Positions 23,401 through 31,750 of a stretch of 32,637 bases of DNA are shown piece by piece (position 1 is the first letter of the stretch; each line of letters opens with the position of its first letter). The translations under genes and the position numbers were made by a program. The DNA comes from a virus (taxonomy: Duplodnaviria > Caudoviricetes): positions 1 through 32,637 of IMG/VR virus record IMGVR_UViG_3300037722_001641, one strand, 5' to 3'. The notes below the pieces were generated by a model. The model searched no databases. It was not told where the DNA came from and saw nothing but the letters and a program-made list of their open reading frames with translations.

Positions 23401-26400
23401 CATCGCTGAACGCGATTGCCTCAATGCCTTGACCATCGGCCGTCGAGTAGTACTGATCCTTGACCGTGATAACTTCGCCGGTGCTGAGAATCGTAATCAG
23501 TAGGTCGCTGCTTCCGCTTGTCCGCTTCAACTCAACGTCCGTGGACGCCACATCGATCAGTTCGAGCCTGTCGATTGCCTTTTTCGATGGAGCAGTTTCA
23601 TCGATCGTGTCGTTGCCGTCGCCCTTGGCCCACAGATACCGGTCTTCGCCATCGCCACCCTTGAGCAGATCATCTCCGAGCCCGCCGTCGATGACATCGT
23701 CACCGTCGTTTCCGTCAATCGTGTCGTTGCCGGCAAGGCCGTGAATGTTATCTTGATAGTCCTTGCCGTCGAGGATGTTGTTCGCAGATGTGCCGGTAAG
23801 TGTGGTCTCCGCCAGGATATCTTCGAGCATCCAGGTCACGTCATCGCCGAACTCGATTGCCTCGATGCCTTGGCCGTCATTCGTCGAGTAGAACTGATCG
23901 AGGATCGTGATGGTCTCACCGGTGCTGATGATCGTAACGATCAGGTGAATGCTGCCTTGCGACCGCGTCAACGCAACATCAGTCGAATCGACATCCGAAA
24001 GAACGAGTATGTCGACATCCGTGAGAGCTGCGGTGCTTGAGAATTCGTCGATTGTATCGTTGCCGTCACCCTTGGCCCAAATGTAGCGGTCATTGCCGCC
24101 GTCGCCCCTGAGAACGTCATCGCCAAGGCCACCAATCAGCGCGTCGCTGCCGCCGTTGGCATCCAGCGTGTCATTGCCGGCAAGGCCAAGCAGGCTGTCT
24201 TGACCCGACGAACCAGTCAGCACGTTTGCCGACGAGGTGCCGGTAATCGTTGTGACGCTGGGGAGCGGATTATCGAGATGTGTGTTTCCCGCCGAAACAT
24301 GCTCAACGCTTTGTGCCAGCGAGGCGACAAACTGGGCCTCCGTAATTCTGCCGGAGGACAAGTTATCGGTCCAGGTATCCGACTCTGACACAGTCGGATA
24401 ACGCCCAAGTGCATTGAGAAACGCCTGCTCGACAAATGCCGATCCGGTCAATCCCTTTAGCCCGGTGGAGGAGATCCCCTGAATGTCGCCATCAACTTCC
24501 AGAAGCAAGTCGGCCAAATCCTCGGGATTATCTGTTCCATCGAGAAGCCGACCCGACATATATTCCAGCTCGTGCTGCGTCGCATCGCGGTCGTAGACGA
24601 CATCGACAATCTTCTCGACGATTGAGCGCACGTAGGCCTTATCCAGGCTGCGCTCGAACTCCGCCGGATTCATCACAACGTCGAAGTTGTTGGTGGACAT
24701 ATGTCCATTGCCGACGACGAGGTGCTCGATCGACTCCGCGACATCCACCGCGATATCCGTGCGCGTCATCGAGCTGTCGTCGAGAGCTCGGAGAAGCCTG
24801 TCGAGTTCGGTAAGAGCCGGGGCTCGTCCAACAGCGTTCAGGTAAACTTGTGTAACGAATTCTGTATCCGACATAACCCCGAAACGGGTTAGGAACTCGC
24901 CTGAAGATATCCGTTGGCTCGCGAGGCCGTCTCGATCAAGCTGCCCATCATTGACGTGCAGGGCCAAGAGCTCAATCTCGGAGAAATCCATGTCGCGGTC
25001 GAGAACCGCATCATAGATGCGAGCGGCTTCGGTGAGCAGGCGCTCCTTCGCTTCGCTGTCTACGCGCTCTTCCGTCGTCGACGAAACGATCGCGCCAGTC
25101 GTTGCGTCCTTCGAGGTCCGAACGACCGTCCATGTCTCAACGCCGAAAACATCGAACTCATGAGACACAACGATGTGCGTCTGGCTGACATCGGGCGCAA
25201 CACCGTTGTCCCAAACATAGCTGCCGTTATCGACCGCAGAACGCGTTATGGTCCAGAGCTTATTGAAGCGCGAATGTGTCGTGACAAGTCCGTCGGCCGA
25301 GGTCGTGGTCACAAAGGTCTCGCCGCGCACGCCGGCTTCGTTAAACGCCGTCTCGGTTCTGACGGTCGAGCCATCCGCGGCGACATTGAGCTCGATCTTT
25401 TTATCGGCAAATCCATTGCCGTCATAGTCGTGGGTCTCGATAATCGTGCGCGCGTCTGAGCTCACCGAGACCGTATCTTTCGAGCGCAACGTGCCGTCCG
25501 AATAATGGGTCTCGGAGACGGTCTCGCGACTTCCGTCGGAATTGAGGGTGGTGACGGAGGTGGATGTTCCATCATCAACGCCGTCGCCATCATTGTCGAT
25601 CGTTCGTATCGACGACAGGCCGTCGGCCGAGGCCGTCGTTACCTCCCGGTAGGCCAAGGTGCCGGGCCCGTAGGCCTCGGCAAAGGTCACGATCTGGCTG
25701 CCGTCGGCGCCGAAGGAAACTTCTGTCGCCCGCACGAGATCGACGATACCGTCCGCGTCGATGTCGAAAGCGAACGATACATCCATGCCATTGGCAGATT
25801 CGACGCCCATGACCCGAGCGTCGACCGTGCCGTTGAGCGCGATGTCCTCATAGGTTCCGATCAGGGACCGGCTCAAATCAATCTGAAGGGTGACTTCGCG
25901 GTCCACGTAACCGTCCCCGTCCAGATCCGATGTCCTTGTCTCGGTCCGACCGTCAGCACTCCGCGTGGTCGCCACCGACCGCATCAGGTCGTAGCCAGCG
26001 CCATACTCGTTGACGACTTCCGAGAAACCGCCATCGGCAAAACTGGTCTGAAGGCGGTCGCGATCAACGCTGCCATCCCCGGAATAGTCGGAAACGATGT
26101 GCGTAATCAGCCCGTTACCGCTGGTTGTCGTGGTTATCTCCGACAGCGTTACCGATGCTACGTCGCGCGTGATTTGCGAGAGCACGACATCGCCATCTGC
26201 TTCAAAGGTGGTGGATTCTTCGGAAATGACGTCAAAGACCGCATTCCCGTCGAAATCAAGTTTCGACGAGACATACATGCCGTCAAGACTGGTCAAATAC
26301 TCTTCACTGCCGAGCGAAACATACCGGTAATCGCGATGCGTAACACTGCGCGACAGGAACCCGTTGTCGCCAATCCATGTCGACTCGGTTGAGAAGAGTT

Positions 26401-29400
26401 CCTCCTCACCGTCGCCATTTCGATCGACGGTACGGGTCCTGGTCAATCCGTCGCCGCTTTCAGTAGAGACGAGCGTCGATAGCACCATACCGCTTTGGGA
26501 GTAGAAGCTCGCCGTGGTCGTCGTCTCGCCGTCATCCGCAATCGACGTCACGGTTACACTATCATCGACGCCATTACCGTCCGCGTCGTCCGAGATGGTG
26601 ATCGTGCGTCGATCGGCGCTGGTCACTTCAGTCGTAGTGCTCAGCGTCGAGCCATTTGCCGCCTTGCGCTCAACGGTGACGGTCTCGACACCGTTGGCTG
26701 CGAGCGACACCTCCGTTTCGGTCGTCAGGTCGACGGAACCGTCGTTGTTGTAGTCCTCGCTCTGCGTGGTCGAGAGTCCATCGTCGCTGATGACCCTCAC
26801 CGACTCGCTGAACGTCGCGCCGTTCGCGCTCTTATTCTGAGTGGTGCGCGTCGTGGCTCCGTCCGCGCCGATCACGGTTACGGATTCCGTGGAGGTTTCG
26901 AAGACGCCATCGCCATCACGATCGAACTTTGACGTGACGCTGAGCGCATCGTCGCTCGTTACAGTCTGGCGCCGGCTCTGCAGCGATGCATCGACGTTAA
27001 ATTCGGTCTCAGTTTGCGTGGTGGTTCCATCGTCGGCGACAACACGAGTAGAAACGGTGTCGTCGACACTGTCGCCATTGACATCCCCCGCAACGGTCAC
27101 CGAACGGCCATCATCGGTCGACGTCACCGTCATCGCGGTCCGCAACACGTCGGCCGCATCGCGGAACTCGATCGAGACGACCGTACCACCGTCATTCTGA
27201 AGAACCGTAGTCGTCTCTTGCGTCAGATCGTAGTCCCCATCGCCGTCGCCGTCGAAATTCTCGGTGACGATGAGGCCATCGTCGCTGACGATCGTCTGCG
27301 TCTTGCTCAGGAGAGACCCGTCTTGCGAGCGCGAATCTTCGATCTCGGAGATGCTGCCATCGGCGTTCAGCGTGCTGACAATCGATGCCACCCGTTCGTA
27401 GACGCCATCGCCGTCGGCATCTGTTTGAATCGTTGTCGAAAATTCATCGTCGCTAATCGTCGTGACGACCTTGCTGCGATCGCTCCCGTCGCCATTCTCA
27501 ATTTCATCTGAAATCGTACGGCTGCCATCGGCGTTCAGGACCGTCGATTTGTGAACAACGGTTTCGTTTATCTGATCACCGTTCAGATCGGTCTCAGTCG
27601 CAGCGACAAGACCATTGGCGCTGATCGAACTCACCGACTTTTCGGCGACGGTACCGTCTGGGAAATAGGTCGTTTCGGTGACCGTCTTCGAACCGTCGTC
27701 GGCCTCGATCGATGTCGTTACAAGGTCAGTCGCGCCATCGCCATTGGCATCGATTGTCTCCGTGACCGTGCGCCGATCGGCACTTTGATCGATGATCGTC
27801 TTGGCCAGCAGCGTTGTCCCGTTGCCGGCAAACTCGGACACCGTCCGAGTCGTGCTTCCATCTCCGTTCAACACACGTACGTCGACAGTCTTGCCATCGA
27901 ACGAGCCATCTCCGTCGCGATCGAACTCGGTCGTCACGGTAAGGCCGTCGGCGCTGGTCGTCACGACCTCCTTGGTGCGCAGCGAATTGTCCTGATTTCG
28001 GGTGGTGATCGTTCTGGTAGCGACACCAGATCCATTGACCACGGTCACATCCGAGATCTGCGTGTCCGTATCGCCATCGCCATCGCGGTCGATGGTGGTC
28101 GCGCGTGTCAATCCATCGGCGCTGGTCACGGTCGTCGTCTTTGCGTGCACCGATCCATCCGGGTTGCGAGACCAGCTCTCGGAGGTCCGTTCCTGGGTTG
28201 TCCCATCGACGGCAACCGACTTGACGAGGTCGGTGGTGTCGAACGTGCCATCCTGGTCCAGGTCGACCCAAGTCTCGGAGCTGACCTTGTCCGCGCCGAG
28301 CGTGACCTTCTCCATGCTGCGGACCGAGCCGTCGTTATTGGTCACGGTCGTCGTGTTTTCGCGGCTGCCGTCCGTATTGATGGTCGTCGCATCTACGGTC
28401 GTGAGATCGGTATCGCCGTCACCATCGACATCAGAGGCAATCGTCTTGGTGAGCGCGTCGGCCGACTGATCCTGGGTCCGAGTGCTGCGCGTGCTGCCGT
28501 CGCCGTTCTTCACGGTGAGCACGGATTCCGTGGTGCCGTCGGTATTGGTGGTGATCGAAAGCTCTTCCTGAACGTCCGTATCGCCATCGCCGTCCAGGTC
28601 GCGAGTGATCGTCTTCGTCTTGCCGTCGGCACTGACGGTCTCGGTCACTTTGTTGCGCAGCGTGGTGTCGTTGTTCGTCGTCGTGATGACCTCGGTCCGG
28701 CTGCCGTCGCCATTCACCGTGATCGCATGCACGATCGTCCGGTCGACATCGCCGTCGCCATCGTTATCGATTGCTTCGCTGCGGGTCAGGCCGTCGATTG
28801 AGATCGTCTCGCTGGAACTGCGGATGACAGTGCCGTCTTTTGCCAGGTCGCTGATCGCCGTCGTCCGGCTGCCATCCGTCAGGGTGGTCCGCACTTCCTG
28901 CCGGTCGAACCAGCCGCCGCCGGTGGAATCCCGGTCGATCGCGACGACACTGCCGTCTGCGCTCGTCGTCGTGACCGTGCGGTTCGCCAGAATGGCGGTC
29001 GCCGCCACGGCGCCCAACCGGTTCTCGAGGGTTTCCGTCGTGCTGCCGTCGCCATTGGTCACGGTGTCGATGGTCTGGATGCGATCGACAACACCATCGC
29101 CATTGTCGTCATAGGTATTGGTGATCGCCGACCCATCCGGGCTTGTGACCGAGGTGATAGCATAGGCAACTTCGCCGTCCGCGCCGTAGGCGGTGGTGTC
29201 GACCACGCGGTTGCCCGATCCATCGGTGGAGAAAGCCTGAACGACGCGGTGACCCTGCGCCTCGGCGATCAGTGTCGTGTCGGCCACCGTTCCAGTGGTG
29301 CTGTCACTGCGGGTGAACGTCGTCTGCCCGGTGATCACGGAACCGTCCGGCAGCACGATGTAGGTCGCATCGCCGGTCAGGTTGATCGAGACGATGCCGA

Positions 29401-30595
29401 GCTGGCTCAGTGTCTGTGCGGTCGTCGAGCCGTCGGCGTTGGTCACCAGCACCTTGAAATCGGCAAAGGCCGCGTCGCTGGAGTTCAGGACCCCATCGCC
29501 ATTGCTGTCGAAGACCGAGGCAATGGCCTCTAGGTCGCTGGTCGCCGTCGGGTCCCACTCGGTGAACACGTACTGGCGCTTCTCGGCGATCTCGCCGAGA
29601 TTGTCCGGGTCGTAGAACAGTACGCCATTGCCCGCAGCGGCCCAGGCCGTACGGTGCAGCAGCCCGTCGCCGCCGGCGTCAACGAACATGGTCGAGCGCG
29701 AAAGCTCGGTGATCTGAATGCCGTTGCCGTCAAGGTCCAGAATCACCGGATGATCGCCGAGGCCTCCGGGGTCACTGTCGTTGTCGGGATCGCTCCCGGC
29801 GTGGTCGCTACCGTTGGATGTGTCGGAGTCGCCCCCACGCAACCCGTCGCCTCGCGGCCCGCTATATTGCGCACCAATACCGCCCGTAGTTTCGGGATCG
29901 GCAGACACATCACGACTTCCGCGCGAAATCTTCCCTGCCGCCGCAGCAGATTTCGCTGCGTCAAGAGCTGCACTGACAAACCCTTGATGAGCTATCTGAT
30001 CAAGTTCATTGTACTCGTTGCCGGCCTTAATACCACTGCCGAATTTCTCAGGGCCGGAGGGTGTACTCGGTACGTTGGCAGAGCCATAACTGATTCCGAC
30101 CACCTGACCGACGGGCTCAGCGGGAGCGTCGCGATTTACTCTTAAAGACGCTACGAAGAAGCCAACTTCGAACGTAACTTCAGCGAACTGCGTAAAATCA
30201 AAGTCGACATCGAGAGTTTGATAATCGAAGTCAAATGAAAAATTAGTTCCCACCATCGTGTCAACGGTCGCAACGGCTCCAGAGATCGTACCGAAGCCAA
30301 TATCGATGCCCACTGATAGGCTCTTCACACCAAAACCAAGCTCTACGCCAGCTTTAACCCCCGCCACAGCAGCATCAACCTCCAGGCCTATACCCTGGAC
30401 TTCGGTATTAATTCCCAATCCCCCCGAAACACCGTACTGGCCAAATCCAAGCCCAGCGTTAATACTTGGATCAAATCCAATTGATCCCCTAAGCTCATTG
30501 CCTCCAAAATAATCTCGAGTTTCAAAGTCAACAGACAAATCATCCAAGCCGAAGTCTTGTGAACTGGCATCACCTCCACTACGTGCACGCCCCAT
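20480..30595 (-). CDS. Giant RTX-family (type I-secreted) multidomain protein, 3371 aa
   Basis: Many GGxGxDxLx nonapeptides in the C-terminal third; no N-terminal signal peptide; FrpC-like PVILDLDGNG module, DxDGDG repeats and DUF4214-like domains. Confidence 0.92.
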   Translation of the reverse strand: MGRARSGGDASSQDFGLDDLSVDFETRDYFGGNELRGSIGFDPSINAGLGFGQYGVSGGLGINTEVQGIGLEVDAAVAGVKAGVELGFGVKSLSVGIDIGFGTISGAVATVDTMVGTNFSFDFDYQTLDVDFDFTQFAEVTFEVGFFVASLRVNRDAPAEPVGQVVGISYGSANVPSTPSGPEKFGSGIKAGNEYNELDQIAHQGFVSAALDAAKSAAAAGKISRGSRDVSADPETTGGIGAQYSGPRGDGLRGGDSDTSNGSDHAGSDPDNDSDPGGLGDHPVILDLDGNGIQITELSRSTMFVDAGGDGLLHRTAWAAAGNGVLFYDPDNLGEIAEKRQYVFTEWDPTATSDLEAIASVFDSNGDGVLNSSDAAFADFKVLVTNADGSTTAQTLSQLGIVSINLTGDATYIVLPDGSVITGQTTFTRSDSTTGTVADTTLIAEAQGHRVVQAFSTDGSGNRVVDTTAYGADGEVAYAITSVTSPDGSAITNTYDDNGDGVVDRIQTIDTVTNGDGSTTETLENRLGAVAATAILANRTVTTTSADGSVVAIDRDSTGGGWFDRQEVRTTLTDGSRTTAISDLAKDGTVIRSSSETISIDGLTRSEAIDNDGDGDVDRTIVHAITVNGDGSRTEVITTTNNDTTLRNKVTETVSADGKTKTITRDLDGDGDTDVQEELSITTNTDGTTESVLTVKNGDGSTRSTRTQDQSADALTKTIASDVDGDGDTDLTTVDATTINTDGSRENTTTVTNNDGSVRSMEKVTLGADKVSSETWVDLDQDGTFDTTDLVKSVAVDGTTQERTSESWSRNPDGSVHAKTTTVTSADGLTRATTIDRDGDGDTDTQISDVTVVNGSGVATRTITTRNQDNSLRTKEVVTTSADGLTVTTEFDRDGDGSFDGKTVDVRVLNGDGSTTRTVSEFAGNGTTLLAKTIIDQSADRRTVTETIDANGDGATDLVTTSIEADDGSKTVTETTYFPDGTVAEKSVSSISANGLVAATETDLNGDQINETVVHKSTVLNADGSRTISDEIENGDGSDRSKVVTTISDDEFSTTIQTDADGDGVYERVASIVSTLNADGSISEIEDSRSQDGSLLSKTQTIVSDDGLIVTENFDGDGDGDYDLTQETTTVLQNDGGTVVSIEFRDAADVLRTAMTVTSTDDGRSVTVAGDVNGDSVDDTVSTRVVADDGTTTQTETEFNVDASLQSRRQTVTSDDALSVTSKFDRDGDGVFETSTESVTVIGADGATTRTTQNKSANGATFSESVRVISDDGLSTTQSEDYNNDGSVDLTTETEVSLAANGVETVTVERKAANGSTLSTTTEVTSADRRTITISDDADGNGVDDSVTVTSIADDGETTTTASFYSQSGMVLSTLVSTESGDGLTRTRTVDRNGDGEEELFSTESTWIGDNGFLSRSVTHRDYRYVSLGSEEYLTSLDGMYVSSKLDFDGNAVFDVISEESTTFEADGDVVLSQITRDVASVTLSEITTTTSGNGLITHIVSDYSGDGSVDRDRLQTSFADGGFSEVVNEYGAGYDLMRSVATTRSADGRTETRTSDLDGDGYVDREVTLQIDLSRSLIGTYEDIALNGTVDARVMGVESANGMDVSFAFDIDADGIVDLVRATEVSFGADGSQIVTFAEAYGPGTLAYREVTTASADGLSSIRTIDNDGDGVDDGTSTSVTTLNSDGSRETVSETHYSDGTLRSKDTVSVSSDARTIIETHDYDGNGFADKKIELNVAADGSTVRTETAFNEAGVRGETFVTTTSADGLVTTHSRFNKLWTITRSAVDNGSYVWDNGVAPDVSQTHIVVSHEFDVFGVETWTVVRTSKDATTGAIVSSTTEERVDSEAKERLLTEAARIYDAVLDRDMDFSEIELLALHVNDGQLDRDGLASQRISSGEFLTRFGVMSDTEFVTQVYLNAVGRAPALTELDRLLRALDDSSMTRTDIAVDVAESIEHLVVGNGHMSTNNFDVVMNPAEFERSLDKAYVRSIVEKIVDVVYDRDATQHELEYMSGRLLDGTDNPEDLADLLLEVDGDIQGISSTGLKGLTGSAFVEQAFLNALGRYPTVSESDTWTDNLSSGRITEAQFVASLAQSVEHVSAGNTHLDNPLPSVTTITGTSSANVLTGSSGQDSLLGLAGNDTLDANGGSDALIGGLGDDVLRGDGGNDRYIWAKGDGNDTIDEFSSTAALTDVDILVLSDVDSTDVALTRSQGSIHLIVTIISTGETITILDQFYSTNDGQGIEAIEFGDDVTWMLEDILAETTLTGTSANNILDGKDYQDNIHGLAGNDTIDGNDGDDVIDGGLGDDLLKGGDGEDRYLWAKGDGNDTIDETAPSKKAIDRLELIDVASTDVELKRTSGSSDLLITILSTGEVITVKDQYYSTADGQGIEAIAFSDGVVWSHDEILSETKLVGTSASNSLEGKNYRDNLYGLAGNDTLDGNGGDDVLVGGLGNDTLDGEGGNDRYLWSKGDGNDFLNDDEISQTEIDTLVLEDVASTDVALTRVQGSNDLLVTIISTGEIIAVDDQFNSTTDGRGIEAIEFSDDVTWTLHDIIVRTKLEGTSASNVLNGTDYRDNIYGLGGQDTIDANDGDDVLVGGSGDDTLKGGNGNDRYLWSKGDDDDTIDDTGTSLKAVDTLILTDVAASGAVLTKVGNDLHIDVSSTNETITVLNRFQSSGSGKGVEIIAFSDGVTTEVLDSPVAEAIITGTGASNVLNGWDYKDWIYGLDGNDTIDGNGGDDVLEGGLGNDLLKGDGGAERYLWSKGDGNDTIDEIAISQTEIDTLVLSDVDSTDVSLTRSQGSIHLVVTIVSTGENITIKDQYYSTSDGQGIEAIEFGDGVIWTLDDILAETKLEGTSANNTLDGKDYRDNIYGLAGNDTLNGKDGNDVLVGGLGADTLKGDEGNDRYVWAKGDGNDTIDETATSQNEVDTLELSDVESTDVELTRANGSNHLVVTIISTGESITVKDQYYSTADGQGIEGIEFSDDVTWTLDDILAKTKLVGTSASDSLEGKNYRDNMYGYAGNDTLDGNGGDDVLVGGLGNDTLQGEGGNDQYVWSIGDGNDFLDDESLSLTAVDTLVLTDVASSNVELTRVQGSDDLLVTVSSTGEAITVDDQFKSTADGRGIEVIAFSDGVNWTLDDILAATKLEGTSANNILDGKDYRDNIYGLAGNDTLNGNDGDDYLFGGLGADGLNGGIGSDTASYAQAAQGVNVDLNVMTAQIGNSGGEEVGDILSSIEALEGSAYADTLTGDDSSNDLSGLADDDILIGQDGYDRLYGGDGDDTLLGGGDADDLWGGSGEDVFKFALGDGVDTINDFTDGSDVIEFTGGIMFEDLTIVDDVGGARVTYGAAESVLVKDLAAADLTESDFVFS
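21160..24255 (-). repeat. Seven ~441-bp (147-aa) RTX plus haemolysin-Ca-binding-related modules
   Basis: Unit TKLxGTSAxNxLxGxDYRDNIYGLAGND...RYxWxKGDGNDTID...GIEAIEFSDxVTWTLDDIL recurs with a 441-bp period (e.g. 21600 and 22041). Confidence 0.9.
24299..25027 (-). other. Two DUF4214-like (S-layer-anchor-like) domains within the RTX protein
   Basis: ARIYDAVLDR...SGEF...MSDTEFVTQVYLNAVGRAP...AESIEH and FVEQAFLNALGRYP...W...L..G..T.AQFVASLAQSVEH. Confidence 0.7.
25280..29250 (-). repeat. About 23 Thr/Asp-rich ~57-aa repeats with Dx[DN]GDG motifs within the RTX protein
   Basis: Recurring pattern SADGLTxTxxxDxDGDGxxD-strand-xDGS-strand-xDGS-strand; 23 motif copies counted by eye. Confidence 0.85.
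29270..29749 (-). other. FrpC/ApxIVA-like self-processing-module (SPM) homologue
   Basis: PVILDLDGNGIQIT...DAGGDG..HRTAW...GVLFYD...FDSNGDGVLNSSDAAFADFKV...TLSQLGIVSINL, starting at Pro283. Confidence 0.7.
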
Positions 30596-30596
30596 T

Positions 30597-30863
30597 TCAC
30601 CACCCCCATATTACGTAAGTTGAATAAATAGACGATAAAATAATGCTTAAACAGAGCCACCAGAATAAAACGCGTGTTACAGTCAATCTCCACGGTTTCC
30701 ATTGCCAAGAGACGCCGAACATCGTCCAAAATCTGCGCGCAAACTCCGAATCTGTAGGTTTATCTCCTATTATCCCCAAGGATCTGGACAACCTAAAAAT
30801 AGATATTCCTACGATAGTGTATAAAATAATTATAATAACATTAATAACAAGTTTCCAAACCAT
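30597..30863 (-). CDS. Small two-TM membrane protein (88 aa), candidate immunity/partner of the RTX protein
   Basis: RBS AGGAG before ATG 30863. TMs LVINVIIIILYTIVGISIF and VLFWWLCLSIILSSIYSTYVIW. Stop lies 1 nt before the RTX ATG. ~38% GC (hand count of 30601-30840). Confidence 0.75.
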   Translation of the reverse strand: MVWKLVINVIIIILYTIVGISIFRLSRSLGIIGDKPTDSEFARRFWTMFGVSWQWKPWRLTVTRVLFWWLCLSIILSSIYSTYVIWGW

Positions 30864-31638
30864 TTCCGTATCTCCTGTTCTATCTTTTGCAATGGCGATC
30901 AATTTGAAACGGACTCGAATCTCTTGGAACTTGATCGGAATTATATTGCCGCCAATGGTCGGTCTGTACGGATTTTGTCATCAGAATTACTCTATGTTGA
31001 TCCACATCGGGGCCGGGGCAAGGCGATACCTCAGATCAATGAAGTCCCCGCCAACGCGCAGATTTCGCACCCGAAGCGCCATAACCTGCCTGCCCTGCCG
31101 ATTGCCTATGGTCCCACGCCCATCTTCGACGTCAGCCGCAGTGCCTGCACTTGCGCCTGGCACAAACTGCCGGGCCGCAAAGGCTGCGCCTTCGGCGTTC
31201 ACTACATTTCTGGGCTTCTGCAAGGCAGATGAGTGCGGCGCGGGAGGATGGATTTTCGAAATACTCCTCCGAACTCCGGTAGCGTTGCATGCTCTGAAAA
31301 TCCGATCGGGAGTCATGATAAAGTCCCCTTCGCGCAGAAATTCCGAGCACTGTTTTCTCACAGGCCAAAGCGTACGCTGGAATCACCGGATTTTGTCAAG
31401 ATAAAATAGACTCATTATTTCGAGAGTATAGTAGCGCCTTGCAACCTTTCTATTGTTACACAATACGGGCAGGTGCCGGGCGGTCTCGCCAGGGTGGTTT
31501 CCAACTCGCAGATTGCCGTTCCCTTTTAACCGGCGGACGCCCGTCGACGATGGTCTGGGCTCAACCGGAACCCGCCTGCCGCAATCGTGCCTTACGACAG
31601 GGTTTGGTTGTCTTAAGTATATGTATAAAAATAACTAT

Positions 31639-31667
31639 TTGATCCGCACGGCGAACTCTGCTATAAT
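31639..31667 (+). promoter_or_regulatory. Sigma70-type promoter upstream of the recombinase gene
   Basis: TTGATC-N17-TATAAT with an extended -10 TG. Confidence 0.55.
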
Positions 31668-31750
31668 GTATTGTGTGAGCGCACGGACCGCCGCGCGGCC
31701 GATGATTTTCGCGCGCCATACCACCAAACCCCTATGATCGGAGATCTACC

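Noticed and set aside
31155-31200. c-di-GMP-I riboswitch-like words (CAAAC...GGGCCGCAAAGGC)
   Set aside because: No room for the P2 GNRA hairpin, and it is on the opposite strand from the RTX operon.
30643-31404. ORFs of 253, 102 and 124 aa in the leader region
   Set aside because: No recognisable motifs, mutually overlapping, and one is antisense to the TM gene.
31655-31682. dif/Xer-like site (ATAATGTAT)
   Set aside because: Lacks the XerD arm TTATGTTAAA; better explained as a -10 element.
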